Assembly: GCA_036172245.1 (NCBI GenBank)
Contig: JAYWIR010000044.1
Coordinates: forward strand, 682,001 to 746,000
Length of the DNA stretch: 64,000 nt
Reading direction: 5' to 3'
DNA from: Raillietiella orientalis
Taxonomy: Eukaryota
Shown here: positions 63,787 to 64,000 of the stretch, piece by piece
Position numbering within the stretch: the stretch's first letter is position 1
Layout: each line of letters starts with the position of its first letter
The notes under the pieces: generated by a model
The model's input: only the letters and a program-made list of their open reading frames with translations
Databases searched by the model: none
What the model was told of the DNA's origin: nothing
Translations under genes and position numbers: made by a program

Positions 63787-64000
63787 CTCGGCTCGTTATC
63801 CTGATGTGGGCGTTGGGGATGCTGGGGGACACGAAGGACTTCTGGGCTCCGCACATCGTGGGCCGCTTGGTCGTCGTCGGGGAGTAGCAGTCCTCCTTCC
63901 TGGCCCCCTCGGAGGACCGGCTGCTGTCCGACAGGTTGAGGGCCTCCTTCTGCGGAGGTGGGAAGCACTGAAGGGCGACCATAGGGGACGGTACGAAGTC
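63787..64000 (-). CDS. ARID3: Penultimate coding exon (partial, runs off the window) of ARID3/dead ringer
   Basis: Open frame DFVPSPMVALQ..QKEALNLS..IPNAHIRITSRG ending at donor GTAAGC (63786); phase-1 join to the last exon across a 63-nt GT-AG intron. Confidence 0.82.

Noticed and set aside
1..64000. CRISPR array, operons, rRNA genes or prokaryotic defence systems
   Set aside because: No regularly spaced repeats, rRNA signatures or dense coding. Spliceosomal introns, LINEs and a NUMT indicate an animal nuclear genome.

Overview
Eukaryotic, probably arthropod, repeat-dense genomic DNA rather than a prokaryotic locus. Most entries in the six-frame ORF track are spurious GC-rich ORFs or decayed retroelement frames. 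The only convincing host gene is the 3' end (last two exons, REKLES motif) of an ARID3/dead ringer (retained) transcription factor on the minus strand at the right edge. The rest is mostly non-LTR retrotransposon remnants: L1/Tx1-like (APE, RT, CCHC zf-RVT), R2/NeSL/Utopia-like restriction-like-endonuclease (RLE) elements, and possibly Penelope. Also present are an old mitochondrial ND1 NUMT, a kringle pseudo-exon, a near-identical 1.7 kb inverted duplication, and a TE-poor stretch with clustered Exd/Pbx-Hox-type sites. The most unusual signal is a multi-copy composite non-autonomous retroelement of about 1.5 kb. It has a tRNA-like A/B-box head with a second B-box, a variable CTTCGG-hairpin-rich body, and an L1/Tx1 ORF2 zinc-finger C-terminus and 3'UTR. 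It ends in AATAAA plus a CCCGG/CCGGG hairpin with almost no poly(A). All homology calls were made by eye from motifs, with no database search, and boundaries of decayed elements are approximate.
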